Origin: a virus
Reading direction: 5' to 3' (one strand)
IMG/VR virus record: IMGVR_UViG_3300034954_001540
Span: 16,865-80,864 of that record
DNA: 64,000 nt
In this document: in pieces, positions 27,944 to 38,408 of the stretch
Layout of the letters: every line of letters starts with the position of its first letter
Position numbering within the stretch: position 1 is the stretch's first letter
The notes under the pieces: model-generated
What the model was told of the DNA's origin: nothing
The model's input: only the letters and a program-made list of their open reading frames with translations
Databases searched by the model: none
Made by a program: the position numbers and the translations under genes

Positions 27944-30900
27944 ATGGCAAATAGAATTCAATTAAGACGTGACGGTGCTCAGCAGTGGGCAAACGTCAAC
28001 CCTATTCTCGCTCAAGGTGAGTTAGGTATCGAAATTGATACTTCGCGTATCAAGATCGGTGATGGCGTCACCGCATGGAACTCTCTGAAGTATGAGAGAC
28101 CGATCGAGACCGAATCAAACACCGCTAACACGTTGGTGAAACGTGATGCTGACGGTAACTTTGAGGCGGGTGCGATTACTGCTTCGTTGGTGGGTAACGC
28201 TGCCACGGCAACACGACTGGCAAACGCAAGACAGATCGCTCTGGGTGGCGACATGTCTGGTGCAGGTACTTTTGATGGATCCTCTAACCTCACCATTACT
28301 GCCGAATTGAATTATGTGGTGGCACTTCCCCACTACGATGAGAATGACCTAGCAGCAACAGGACAGTATACCCGTATCACAGTTGACTCTCGTGGTCGTA
28401 TTGTGGATGCTGATAACCCAACATCACTGGGTGCATTCGGTATTACTGACGCACAACCTTTGGATACTGATCTAACCTCACTTGCTAACATGGCAGGTTT
28501 TGGTCTTATCTCTAGACAGTCTGAAGGCACACTGGTCAACCGCAGTATTACTGGTGGTAGTGGTCGTATCATTGTACAGAATGGTAACGCTCAGTCTTCC
28601 AACCCATTTATTGACTTAGCAGATACCACAGTTGTGGTGGGTAAGTATAATACCCTCAACTCAATGGATCCTCTGGTCAATCCTTTGATCAGTGCTACAA
28701 CTGGTGAGCAGACTGTTAACACTGTCAACATTCAAGTTGACAGATATGGTCGTTTAGTTTATGCTAATACTTCCCCTATCGCTACAGCAACGGAGGGCGC
28801 GAAGTCTGGCACATCTTTCACCACTTACGATAACGCTACTGTCTATCCTAGATTTTCAAAGGTTATTGCTTCTAACGGTCGCTGCTACCAAGCGGCTATT
28901 AGGGATATCCCTGCAGGACTCGGAGAGCCATCACATAACATCCAAAATGGTGATGCAGACGATCAAGGTGGATGGAGAGATCTGGGTACTGATGGCATCG
29001 AGCAAAAAGGTCTGGCGAGTTTCGACCAAGAAGACTTCGATGTAGATGCTAACGGTCATGTAACAATCGCTGCAAACGCTATTGAGAATTCTCAACTACA
29101 ATCGTTGGGTCGTCTCATGTTTACTGACCAAAATGCTACGGAGACTTTTGAGCTTGACCCCGAAAGGACAACTGATAATGCTTATCATGGCATTACCAAG
29201 CTTAATCACATTAACATTAACAACAGAACTGGCGGTAGCGTATTCCGTATCGTTGGTTACGATACTTCTGAATATCCTTTCCAACCTGGCATTCTGGATC
29301 AGGGCAATTCCTATCCTGCTGTTAATGCTGACGACGCTAACGGTAACGGTAGTGCCACCAGTGGATCATCTCTCACTGGCGCTGTTGACATTAACCTCGA
29401 CACTACCATCGCTGGTAACATTACTCTTGATGTTACAAAAGCCGACCAGTTTATTAAGCGAACGTCGGGTAATCTAGAGATTGCTCTAGAAGTTAATGAA
29501 GCGAATAATCGCTCTATGGACATCAACGTCACCAATGCTGGTGGTGGAGATGCGACTTTCAACCTGACTGCTGATCAGGACATCACAATCAACGTGACTG
29601 ATGTTGACCACAGAGTCAACATTGAGGACTTCCATATTCAGGATAACGTCCTCTCAACTACAAACTCCACGATGATCCTTGATCCCAATGATGACGATGA
29701 TGCCACTGGCGTCGTCAGAGTCCGTGGTGATCTTACTGTTGATGGCACAACCACAACAGTTAACTCAACTGTGGTGACTATCCAAGACCCCATCATGACG
29801 CTGGGTGGTGAGGATACTCTTACAACAGATGACAATAAGGACCGTGGTATCGAATTTAGATACTATGATAGCCAAGAGAGATTTGGTTTCTATGGGTGGG
29901 ACGAAGATTACGCGGACGCTAACATATGGTCTGGCACTGGCGGGTATCGCTTCCTCTACAACGCGACTAACTCAAGCGAAGTTTATTCTGGCACTGACGC
30001 TCCTATCATTGCTGGTAACCTCCGACTAACTACAAATACTTCTTCTACTTGGAAGACACCTACAACTGGCACCTTGGTGGTGACTGGTGGCACAGGTATC
30101 TCTGAGAATCTTAACGTCGGTGGCACGACTCACCTGAATGGTAACGTTGAGATTGATGGCACAGTTGACATCGATGCCAACTTCGCTGTTAGAAACAATA
30201 CTACTGACAAGTTTACTATCGAGAGTGCAACTGGTAACACAGTTATCGAAGGCACACTAGATATCCAACTTGAAACAGAGATTACAGATAACCTGATTAT
30301 CTCTGCAGATAATAAAGAATTCATTATCCGCACTGCTGGTAATGTCAATAAGTTTACTGTTGATACTGATAACGGTAACACTGAAATTCAGGGCACAGTC
30401 CACGTCATCAATGCCGTTGACTTCGATTCAACTCTTAACGTTGATGACGATGTTACATTCAACGCCAACTTTGATCTGGATGGCACTGCGCTCTTCCATA
30501 ACGATATTACTCTTGATACCACTGGTAAGTATTTCACTATTACCAATGGCAGTAGTCAAACATTCCGAGTCCTAAGCACTAATGGAAACACTGACATCGA
30601 AGGTAGTCTTAATGTTGGTGGTGTCAACACTTTTGAGCGCACTAACAATATCACTGTTGCTACGACTGACTCAGACATCACTCTGAGCAGCGGCGGCAAT
30701 GCCACCTTTGCTGGTGGTGTCAACATGGATAAGGATCTCCGTGTTGGTGGTGACATCTATCTGGCAGACCGTCTGGTCGTCAAAGATGCTGGCACAGCAC
30801 GCACACGTCCTTCTCTGCTCAACAACGTTGATGTCTTGTATCGCACCTATATGGGTGGTGGCACAGCACACAACGCATCCTTTGCAGATGATGCTGATGC

Positions 30901-33900
30901 TCAGTTGAGAGTTGCTGGTGGTGTTGGTATTGTCCAAGACCTGCATGTTGGCGATGACTTCTACATTGGCAAGGTCAACACTAACGACAACGTTGAATTC
31001 TCTGTCCTTGGCGAATCTGGTTTCACAACCATCGGTCGTGTGGGTCAGGGTAACGCTACTGATGGTGCTATCGTTGTCCACGGTTACGCTACATTCAACG
31101 AGAGATTTACAATCAATGGTCCTCTGACCACGATTGGTGATTCTGCTACTGATGTGTTGACAGTCAACGCTGTCTCTACATTCACCGATAACGTTACTAT
31201 CAATGGTGACTTCGACATCGATGGCAATGCCATTATCGAAGGTAACTTGACAGTTAACGGAGTTACGACTACAGTAAATAGCACAGTAATGACGCTGGAT
31301 GATCCTGTCATTACTTTAGGTGGGGACACTGCTCCTACCCAGTCGGATGCTAAAGATCGTGGTATCGAATTCCGATACTACGATTCGACTGCCCGTGTTG
31401 GTTTCTTCGGTTGGGATAACTCCGCTTCGCGTTACGCTCTTTACCATAATGCAACCAACTCTAGTGAAGCATTCAGCGGCACAAGATCGGGTCTTGACGC
31501 TGGCTCACTTAAATTATTTGATACAACAAATGCAACCAACTCTTCTTCTGGTACTCTCATCGTTGGCGGTGGCGCTGGTATCGGTCTTGATCTTTATGTT
31601 GGGGACGATCTTATCGTTACCGACAATGGCTCCTTCGGGGGTAACGTTGGGATCACTGGCACATTGGATGTTGCCGATGACTTCGCAGTTGCCTCTACAT
31701 TTACTGTAGATGCACAGACTGGTAATACATTTGCTAATGGCACATTTACTGTCAACGGCAACTCTATAATTGGTAACCAGTCCTCTGACTCCCACACAGT
31801 AAACGGCACAGTCCAGTTTAACGAAGCAGTTACTGGTGCTGCAAGATTCAACATTCGCGATCTTAAGATCGGCACAGATGCTGCTAACGAGATTGGCACT
31901 ACTTCTGGTAACCTGATTCTCGATTCTGCTGGTGGCACTGTCAACATCACAGATAATGCTGACGTAGACGGTAACCTCAATGTTGATGGCAATACACAGA
32001 TTGATGGCACGCTCACGGTCGATGGCAACGCAACTATCGGTAATGCTGCTGGGGATGCTCACAGCGTCACGGGTACTGTCCAATTCAACCAAGCGATTAC
32101 TTCCACCGACATCACGGCGGATAACATCAAGATCGGCGTTGATGGTGCGACCGAAATCTCCACCACAGCGGGAGATCTAATTCTCGATTCTGCTGAAGGT
32201 AAAGTCCACATCACAGATAATGCTGAGATTGATGGAGCACTTACAGTTGATGGAAACACTCAACTTGGTGACTCTTCTGGCGACACTCTGACAGTTAACG
32301 CTACATCTACATTTAATGCTGCAATCACCTCCACAGACATCACTGCTGACTCTGTAAGAATTGGTGTTGCTGCTTCTAACGAGATTGATACCTCCGCTGG
32401 TAACCTTGTCCTTGACTCTGCTGGTGGCACAGTCAACATTACTGACGATGCTACAGTCAGCGGCACTCTGGTAGTTAGCAATCAGGCAACTATCAATGAT
32501 ACTCTGCTTGTAGATGCTACCAATGAAAACTTTGTCATCAGATCTTCTCTGGTTGATAGATTCACTGTTGATACTGACAATGGTAACACCTTCATTGCTG
32601 GCACAACTCAGATCGAAGGTCTGACAACCATCAATGATAATCTTGACCTCAACGGTAACATCGATGTATCTGGCACGTCTCAGTTTGGTGGTCGTGCAGA
32701 ATTCAACGGCATCGTTGATATTGATAATAATTTTGCAGTCCGCTCTGGCACTACTGATAAGTTTACTATTGAGAATGCCTCTGGTAATTTCTCCACTGCT
32801 GGTAACGGTAGTATCACAGGCACTCTGGCAGTTACAAACACTGCTGCCTTTGCTGAGAAGGTCACACTCAGTGCTAATGAAACCGCTAACCGTCTAACTG
32901 CTAACGCAGCATTGATGGTCCCCAACGGTGGTATCGCAGTTTATGAAGATTCTTACTTCGGTGAGGATGTATTCATCGGACCTGACCAGAATGAAACCAT
33001 CACCCTCTTCGGTGCTACAGGTAATATCACTGCAGATGGCACAATCACCTCTGCCACAATGGTTGCTACTACAGCAAACATTGCTACCGTCAACACGACT
33101 TCTAACGTCAACGTTGGTGGATCGATTCTTGTTAACACTAACAAGTTTATTGTCCAAGGATCTACAGGTAACGTTACTGTTGCTGGCACCCTAGATGTTG
33201 CAGGCAGGACTATCATCGATGATACCCTGAATGTTACTCAGAATGTTGACTTCGATGCTGACTTGAATGTTGATGGTAATCAGCAACTGGACGGCACACT
33301 GACTGTTGACAGCACCTCACTGTTTAAGGACAGCATGGTCCTCCGTGGTGCTACTAAGACACTCAAGTTGCAGAATGGTAGCGGCACTGACAAGATCACC
33401 CTGCACTCCACATCTGGTAATGCAGAGATCACAGGCACCTCTACTCTGGGCACTCTGGCAGTCACCAACAACACCACTATCGGTGGCACACTAGGCGTTA
33501 CAGGACAGATCACTGGTGATATTACTGGTGACCTGACAGGTACTGCAGACAAGGCAAATCTGGTTGATGTTACTGAAACTGGATCTTCTAACCTTACTTA
33601 CTATCCTGTCTTTGTTTCTGCTAACACAGGTCACACTGAAATCAGGACTGACTCTCAGCAACTCCAGTACAATCCATACGAAAACAGACTTACTGTTACT
33701 AACTTCAGATCAACCACTGACTTTGAAGTCCAAGGTAACTTGAATGTTACTGGTGCTTTGACATTCATGCAGTCACAGGTTGGTAGTATTGCTAACCATG
33801 ATACTGACGCTCTGTCAGAAGGCACTACTAATCTCTACTTCACTAACGAGAGAGTTGATGATCGTGTTGCTGCACTAATCGATGGCGGCACAGGTATTTC

Positions 33901-34948
33901 GGCAACGTATAATGATGCTGGTAACCTTCTGTCTCTTGCTGTTGACTTCGGTGAGATCAACACTGACAATCTGACTGAGGGCAGCACCAATAGATTCCAT
34001 ACTCAAGCGAGGGTCAGAAATGCGTTTACTTATGGCACTGGTATACAGCACGACGGCAGTGGCGGTCTTTCAGTTACTCAGTCGGATATCAATACTGATA
34101 ACGTCACAGAAGGATCAACCAACATCTTCTTTACTAACGCCCGCACTCGTGGTGCATTGTCTGTTAGTGGCGACCTCGGTTACAATGCTTCTACTGGTGT
34201 CTTCTCCTTCACCGAGCGCACTGATGCTGAGGTAAATGGACTTGCTGATGCTCGTATTGCACTGAATGTTGGCACAAACCTTGACCTGAGCAATCAGGAT
34301 ACTGGTGACCTTGCAGAGGGCACAAACCTCTACTACACCAACGCTCGTGCTGATGCTCGCATTGCACTTCAAGTTGGTGCAAACCTTGATATTAGCAACC
34401 AGTCCACAAGCGACCTGTCTGAGGGCACTAACCTCTACTTTACTAACGCTCGTGCTGATGCTAGAGCAGATGCAAGAATTGCTGCTTCAGATACGAATAA
34501 TCTTAGTGAAGGATCTAATAACCTTTACTACACCGATGCTCGTGCTGACGCTCGTATTGCTAATGCTGCAGGTAACTATGCAACTGCTGCACAAGGCACG
34601 CTGGCAGATTCCGCTACACAACCAGGAGATCTGGCAACTGTAGCAACCAGCGGATCTTACAATGATCTGTCTAACTTGCCTACGCTCTTCTCTGGAGCAT
34701 ATGCTGACCTGACTGGTAAACCTACATTATTCTCTGGTGCTTATGCTGACCTGACTGGCAAACCTACATTGGGCACTGCCGCTGCTACTGACAGCACTGC
34801 ATATGCAACTGCTGCACAAGGCACACAGGCAAACACCAATGATACTGACATTGATGATCTCTACACCGCTCTCAATGCGATCGGTAATGATGCTTCTATC
34901 ACCAATATGACTCAACTCAAGGCTGCTCTTGCCGCTCTCACTCGCTGA
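27944..34948 (+). CDS. Long tail fibre protein with Mtd-like N-terminal domain
   Basis: RIQLRR....W...NPILAQGE.G.E.DT.RIKIGDG...W..L.Y N-terminal motif; many beta-spiral-like G.L.V.G repeats; C-terminal EG.TNLYFT.AR repeats. Confidence 0.85.
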   Translation: MANRIQLRRDGAQQWANVNPILAQGELGIEIDTSRIKIGDGVTAWNSLKYERPIETESNTANTLVKRDADGNFEAGAITASLVGNAATATRLANARQIALGGDMSGAGTFDGSSNLTITAELNYVVALPHYDENDLAATGQYTRITVDSRGRIVDADNPTSLGAFGITDAQPLDTDLTSLANMAGFGLISRQSEGTLVNRSITGGSGRIIVQNGNAQSSNPFIDLADTTVVVGKYNTLNSMDPLVNPLISATTGEQTVNTVNIQVDRYGRLVYANTSPIATATEGAKSGTSFTTYDNATVYPRFSKVIASNGRCYQAAIRDIPAGLGEPSHNIQNGDADDQGGWRDLGTDGIEQKGLASFDQEDFDVDANGHVTIAANAIENSQLQSLGRLMFTDQNATETFELDPERTTDNAYHGITKLNHININNRTGGSVFRIVGYDTSEYPFQPGILDQGNSYPAVNADDANGNGSATSGSSLTGAVDINLDTTIAGNITLDVTKADQFIKRTSGNLEIALEVNEANNRSMDINVTNAGGGDATFNLTADQDITINVTDVDHRVNIEDFHIQDNVLSTTNSTMILDPNDDDDATGVVRVRGDLTVDGTTTTVNSTVVTIQDPIMTLGGEDTLTTDDNKDRGIEFRYYDSQERFGFYGWDEDYADANIWSGTGGYRFLYNATNSSEVYSGTDAPIIAGNLRLTTNTSSTWKTPTTGTLVVTGGTGISENLNVGGTTHLNGNVEIDGTVDIDANFAVRNNTTDKFTIESATGNTVIEGTLDIQLETEITDNLIISADNKEFIIRTAGNVNKFTVDTDNGNTEIQGTVHVINAVDFDSTLNVDDDVTFNANFDLDGTALFHNDITLDTTGKYFTITNGSSQTFRVLSTNGNTDIEGSLNVGGVNTFERTNNITVATTDSDITLSSGGNATFAGGVNMDKDLRVGGDIYLADRLVVKDAGTARTRPSLLNNVDVLYRTYMGGGTAHNASFADDADAQLRVAGGVGIVQDLHVGDDFYIGKVNTNDNVEFSVLGESGFTTIGRVGQGNATDGAIVVHGYATFNERFTINGPLTTIGDSATDVLTVNAVSTFTDNVTINGDFDIDGNAIIEGNLTVNGVTTTVNSTVMTLDDPVITLGGDTAPTQSDAKDRGIEFRYYDSTARVGFFGWDNSASRYALYHNATNSSEAFSGTRSGLDAGSLKLFDTTNATNSSSGTLIVGGGAGIGLDLYVGDDLIVTDNGSFGGNVGITGTLDVADDFAVASTFTVDAQTGNTFANGTFTVNGNSIIGNQSSDSHTVNGTVQFNEAVTGAARFNIRDLKIGTDAANEIGTTSGNLILDSAGGTVNITDNADVDGNLNVDGNTQIDGTLTVDGNATIGNAAGDAHSVTGTVQFNQAITSTDITADNIKIGVDGATEISTTAGDLILDSAEGKVHITDNAEIDGALTVDGNTQLGDSSGDTLTVNATSTFNAAITSTDITADSVRIGVAASNEIDTSAGNLVLDSAGGTVNITDDATVSGTLVVSNQATINDTLLVDATNENFVIRSSLVDRFTVDTDNGNTFIAGTTQIEGLTTINDNLDLNGNIDVSGTSQFGGRAEFNGIVDIDNNFAVRSGTTDKFTIENASGNFSTAGNGSITGTLAVTNTAAFAEKVTLSANETANRLTANAALMVPNGGIAVYEDSYFGEDVFIGPDQNETITLFGATGNITADGTITSATMVATTANIATVNTTSNVNVGGSILVNTNKFIVQGSTGNVTVAGTLDVAGRTIIDDTLNVTQNVDFDADLNVDGNQQLDGTLTVDSTSLFKDSMVLRGATKTLKLQNGSGTDKITLHSTSGNAEITGTSTLGTLAVTNNTTIGGTLGVTGQITGDITGDLTGTADKANLVDVTETGSSNLTYYPVFVSANTGHTEIRTDSQQLQYNPYENRLTVTNFRSTTDFEVQGNLNVTGALTFMQSQVGSIANHDTDALSEGTTNLYFTNERVDDRVAALIDGGTGISATYNDAGNLLSLAVDFGEINTDNLTEGSTNRFHTQARVRNAFTYGTGIQHDGSGGLSVTQSDINTDNVTEGSTNIFFTNARTRGALSVSGDLGYNASTGVFSFTERTDAEVNGLADARIALNVGTNLDLSNQDTGDLAEGTNLYYTNARADARIALQVGANLDISNQSTSDLSEGTNLYFTNARADARADARIAASDTNNLSEGSNNLYYTDARADARIANAAGNYATAAQGTLADSATQPGDLATVATSGSYNDLSNLPTLFSGAYADLTGKPTLFSGAYADLTGKPTLGTAAATDSTAYATAAQGTQANTNDTDIDDLYTALNAIGNDASITNMTQLKAALAALTR
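34685..34768 (+). repeat. 42-bp imperfect tandem repeat (LFSGAYADLTGKPT x2) near the fibre C-terminus
   Basis: Two adjacent copies differ only at synonymous positions. Confidence 0.85.
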
Positions 34949-34954
34949 TAACTA

Positions 34955-35758
34955 ATGGCTAAACCTACTTCTAAAGCAGAATTAAAGGAGTACTGCCTCC
35001 GTAGACTGGGTAAACCAGTCTTGGAGATCAATGTCTCCGATGATCAGATCGATGATGCTATCGATTATACCCTGCAGAAATTCCAACAGTTTCACTACGA
35101 TGGATGTGAAAAGGTTTATCTGAAGCATCAACTTACTCAGGATGATATTGACAGAGCAAAGCTCGTCACTAACACAACTGGTGATGGTGCTAACGCATCT
35201 ATTTGGTCGGAGTATCGCAGCTACATTGAGATTCCTGAGCACATTCTTTCTGTTGAAGGTCTCTTCGGTTTTACCGACAAGGGCACCAGAAACATGTTTG
35301 ATATTCGTTATCAGATGAGACTGAATGATTTGTATGACTTTACGTCTACACAGTTTTATCATTACTATATGATCCAGCAACATCTGGAAACGATTGACTT
35401 CTTGCTGGAAGGTATGAAACCAGTTAGATATAGTGCTGTCCAAGACAGACTTTATATTGACTTTGACTGGAAGGCAGATGCTCTGGTTGATCAGTATATT
35501 GTTATCAAAGCATATCGTGCTCTGGACCCTGACACATGGACAGAGATTTACGACCAGATGTGGGTCAAAGATTATGCCTCTGCTAAAATTAAAAAGCAAT
35601 GGGGCACAAACCTCACCAAGTTTACTGGAGTCCAAATGCCAGGTGGCGTGACTCTGAATGGTGAGATGATTTATAACGATGCTGTAGATGAGCTCAAGAA
35701 TCTAGAAGAGCAACTACGCACCGAATGGGAATTACCACCACTAGACATGATCGGCTGA
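34955..35758 (+). CDS. g13: Neck protein gp13
   Basis: LKEYCLRRLGKPVLEINV...Q; QWG.NL.KF.G.QMPGGV.LNG motifs. Confidence 0.93.
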   Translation: MAKPTSKAELKEYCLRRLGKPVLEINVSDDQIDDAIDYTLQKFQQFHYDGCEKVYLKHQLTQDDIDRAKLVTNTTGDGANASIWSEYRSYIEIPEHILSVEGLFGFTDKGTRNMFDIRYQMRLNDLYDFTSTQFYHYYMIQQHLETIDFLLEGMKPVRYSAVQDRLYIDFDWKADALVDQYIVIKAYRALDPDTWTEIYDQMWVKDYASAKIKKQWGTNLTKFTGVQMPGGVTLNGEMIYNDAVDELKNLEEQLRTEWELPPLDMIG

Positions 35759-35759
35759 T

Positions 35760-36641
35760 ATGGCAACTAACTCCTACTTTACACAAGGCACAACTGGGGA
35801 GCAGGATCTCACAGAGAATCTTGTCATCGAGCAGATCAAGATGTTCGGTAAAGATGTGTACTATATCCCGAGGACGTTGGTCAATGAGGATACTGTTTTT
35901 GGAGAGGATAATCTATCAGCATTCAATGGCGCTCATCTTATTGAGGCGTACATCGAAGACGCGAATGGCTTCCGTGGTGATGGAGACATGTTTAGTAAAT
36001 TCGGAGTCAGAATCTCCGACCAAGTAACGTTTATTATTTCACGGAAAAGGTTTACTGAAGAAGTAGACGACAACGCACAACTTATAGTAGAAGGACGACC
36101 AAATGAAGGTGACCTCGTATATTTCCCCCTTGCTAACAAAACTTTTGAAATCCAATTCGTTGAGCACGAAGTACCCTTCTATCAGCTCGGAAAGATTCAT
36201 GTCTGGGGTTTACGTTGTGAGCTCTTTGAGTACTCTGACGAAGACTTCAATACAGGAGTCGCAGAGGTCGATGCTATCGAGCTCAACTTTGCCAACGCTA
36301 TCACCGTCACCCTCGCTTCGGGTGGGTCAGGAGACTTTACCGTTGGTGAGACTGTTACGGGCGGTACCACCAACACTACTGCTGATGTGAAGTCTTGGGA
36401 TTCTGCAACTGGTAGACTCGTTGTTATCAACAGGTCTGGCAGATTTACTATCCCTGAGACTATTACTGGCAATACCTCCAGTGCATCTTGGACGAGTGCA
36501 AATTACAACACCCTAAATAATGTGAATACTTCTGACACAATCGATACCAACTGGACCATCGAAACACAGGCAGATGGAATCATCGACTTCACTGAGGGTA
36601 ATCCCTTTGGTGAGTTTGGTAACTCTGGAGGCACTCTGTAA
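35760..36641 (+). CDS. g14: Neck protein gp14
   Basis: I.MFG.DVYYIPR, SKFG, RP.EGDL.YFP, E..PFYQLG and C-terminal NPFG motifs. Confidence 0.93.
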   Translation: MATNSYFTQGTTGEQDLTENLVIEQIKMFGKDVYYIPRTLVNEDTVFGEDNLSAFNGAHLIEAYIEDANGFRGDGDMFSKFGVRISDQVTFIISRKRFTEEVDDNAQLIVEGRPNEGDLVYFPLANKTFEIQFVEHEVPFYQLGKIHVWGLRCELFEYSDEDFNTGVAEVDAIELNFANAITVTLASGGSGDFTVGETVTGGTTNTTADVKSWDSATGRLVVINRSGRFTIPETITGNTSSASWTSANYNTLNNVNTSDTIDTNWTIETQADGIIDFTEGNPFGEFGNSGGTL

Positions 36642-37438
36642 TGCTAGGCACTTACACATATCACGAAATTATTAGAAAGACAGTTGTCGGATTCGGCACA
36701 CTGTTTAATAACATCGAGCTTCGTCGCACAAAGGGATCGAAGACTGAAGTTATGAAGGTGCCTCTGGCATACGGTCCCAAGCAGAAATTCTTGGCACGTC
36801 TCCGCCAAGTCGGTGATCTGACTACACAAGATCAGGCACAGATCACACTTCCTAGAATCTCCTTTGAGATTCAGGGTATCTCGTATGATCCTACTAGGAA
36901 GTTGTCTCCCATCTCTGCTATCAGAAACACTAAGTCTGATGGTAACGAGGCAAAGTCTTTCATGCCTGTGCCATATAACGTGAATTTTGAATTGGCAATT
37001 CTGGCAAAGAATCAGGATGACTCTCTACAAATTCTGGAGCAGATTCTTCCTTATTTCCAACCCAGTTTTAATCTCACCATGAATCTGATTCCAGATCTGG
37101 GTGAGAAGAGAGACTACCCAGTGACCCTTACGTCAGTGGATTACAGTGATGAATATGAGGGTGACTATGACACACGTCGCACACTTGTATATACGCTGCA
37201 ATTCGTTGCTAAGACCTACCTGTACGGTCCTGTAAACGACGCAACAGGCGAAGTCATCAAGAAAGTCCAAGTGGACTATTCAACCGAGGTAGATCGCACA
37301 GCACCTCGCGAAGTGCGCTACACGGTCCAACCAGATCCTCTTACTGCGGATCCTACAGACGATTTCGGATTCAACGAGTTTACATCAGTCTTCGTTGATT
37401 CTAAAGATTATAACCCAGTCACAGGACAAGATGAATAA
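36641..37438 (+). CDS. g15: Tail sheath stabiliser/terminator gp15
   Basis: FGTLFNNI, KVPLAYGPKQKFL, LPRISFE and QILEQILPYFQP motifs. Confidence 0.93.
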   Translation: MLGTYTYHEIIRKTVVGFGTLFNNIELRRTKGSKTEVMKVPLAYGPKQKFLARLRQVGDLTTQDQAQITLPRISFEIQGISYDPTRKLSPISAIRNTKSDGNEAKSFMPVPYNVNFELAILAKNQDDSLQILEQILPYFQPSFNLTMNLIPDLGEKRDYPVTLTSVDYSDEYEGDYDTRRTLVYTLQFVAKTYLYGPVNDATGEVIKKVQVDYSTEVDRTAPREVRYTVQPDPLTADPTDDFGFNEFTSVFVDSKDYNPVTGQDE

Positions 37439-37847
37439 TTTTGAAGGTATCGAAGACGCTCTTGATGTTGCTAGTGATATCGTCCCAGCATCAAAACCTG
37501 CACCTCCAGTGCCAGTAGAAGAGTTTGCTTCCACAAAGGAGCAACTCAAGAAAGATTATGAATACACAAGAGGCAACCTATACTCTCTCATTGAGAAAGG
37601 ACAGGAAGCAGTTGACGGTATCCTTGATCTTGCTCAACAGTCTGATCAACCAAGAGCATTTGAAGTTGCTGGTCAGTTGATCAAACACGTTGGTGATGTA
37701 GCAGACAAACTCGTAGATCTTCAAAAGAAAGTTAACGAGATTGAAAATCCCAAAAAGTCCAAAGAAGTTAATACCACAAACAATACTATGTTTGTAGGTA
37801 GCACAGCAGATCTCGCTAAGTTTCTAAAACAACAACGCGATAAATAG
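37431..37847 (+). CDS. g16: Terminase small subunit gp16
   Basis: DYEYTR.NLY..IEKG, PRAFEV.GQL and FVGSTADL motifs; ATG at 37431 preferred. Confidence 0.92.
   Translation: MNNFEGIEDALDVASDIVPASKPAPPVPVEEFASTKEQLKKDYEYTRGNLYSLIEKGQEAVDGILDLAQQSDQPRAFEVAGQLIKHVGDVADKLVDLQKKVNEIENPKKSKEVNTTNNTMFVGSTADLAKFLKQQRDK
37840..37846 (+). promoter_or_regulatory. T4-like late promoter (ATAAATA) at the start of the g16-g17 island
   Basis: Late core overlapping the end of g16; AGGAG RBS downstream. Confidence 0.6.
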
Positions 37848-37871
37848 TAATCGTAGGAGTACGTATTAACA

Positions 37872-38405
37872 ATGTCAGTATTAAATGTCCTTGACACCCA
37901 AACTATTTCAGGAAGTGGCACTGGCTACGTCGTAGTGAAATCGGGTGTTGTCCGCTGCTATGCAGCATCCGCGTCTTCGATTCAATTTGACGCTGGTCCT
38001 GCGATCACTTTGGCAGCAGGTGAAGCATTGCTCCTCTCCGTGGGTAAAGCAAAGAATGCATCTATCAGTGCAGGCACAAACGCTGCTACTAGCGTGTTGA
38101 CCGTATTGGGTGGTGGCACCCCCGCACACAGGTTTGTCGTTGGCGATTATATTCAGACCGCTGCAAATGGAGACACCGCTTTTACGAGTGATTTTGTTTC
38201 TGCAGCATCTGCTGGTAAGAAGGTAACTGCTGTTTCCGATACCACTATCACCACCGATATTGATGCGTCTGGTGCAGGAGGTAACTATGCATTATCTGAA
38301 GCCGATGTCATTGCTGGGACCGTCCCAGTATTGCAGCGAGCAGTCAAACTCACCGCTGGATCTGCCGACGTTGTTGTCGAGCAAGTCCAAGTCGTCGGAG
38401 GATGA
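37872..38405 (+). CDS. Hypothetical protein (beta-rich, possibly virion-associated)
   Basis: AGGAG RBS, upstream late promoter, Ala/Thr/Ser-rich composition. Confidence 0.75.
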   Translation: MSVLNVLDTQTISGSGTGYVVVKSGVVRCYAASASSIQFDAGPAITLAAGEALLLSVGKAKNASISAGTNAATSVLTVLGGGTPAHRFVVGDYIQTAANGDTAFTSDFVSAASAGKKVTAVSDTTITTDIDASGAGGNYALSEADVIAGTVPVLQRAVKLTAGSADVVVEQVQVVGG

Positions 38406-38408
38406 CGA

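Noticed and set aside
33800-34768. CRISPR-like repeat array
   Set aside because: Repeats are in-frame, degenerate protein repeats without unique spacers.
27944-34948. Diversity-generating retroelement suggested by the Mtd-like N-terminus
   Set aside because: No reverse transcriptase and no adenine-specific template/variable repeat pair seen in the window; the Mtd-like part is only the N-terminal anchor.
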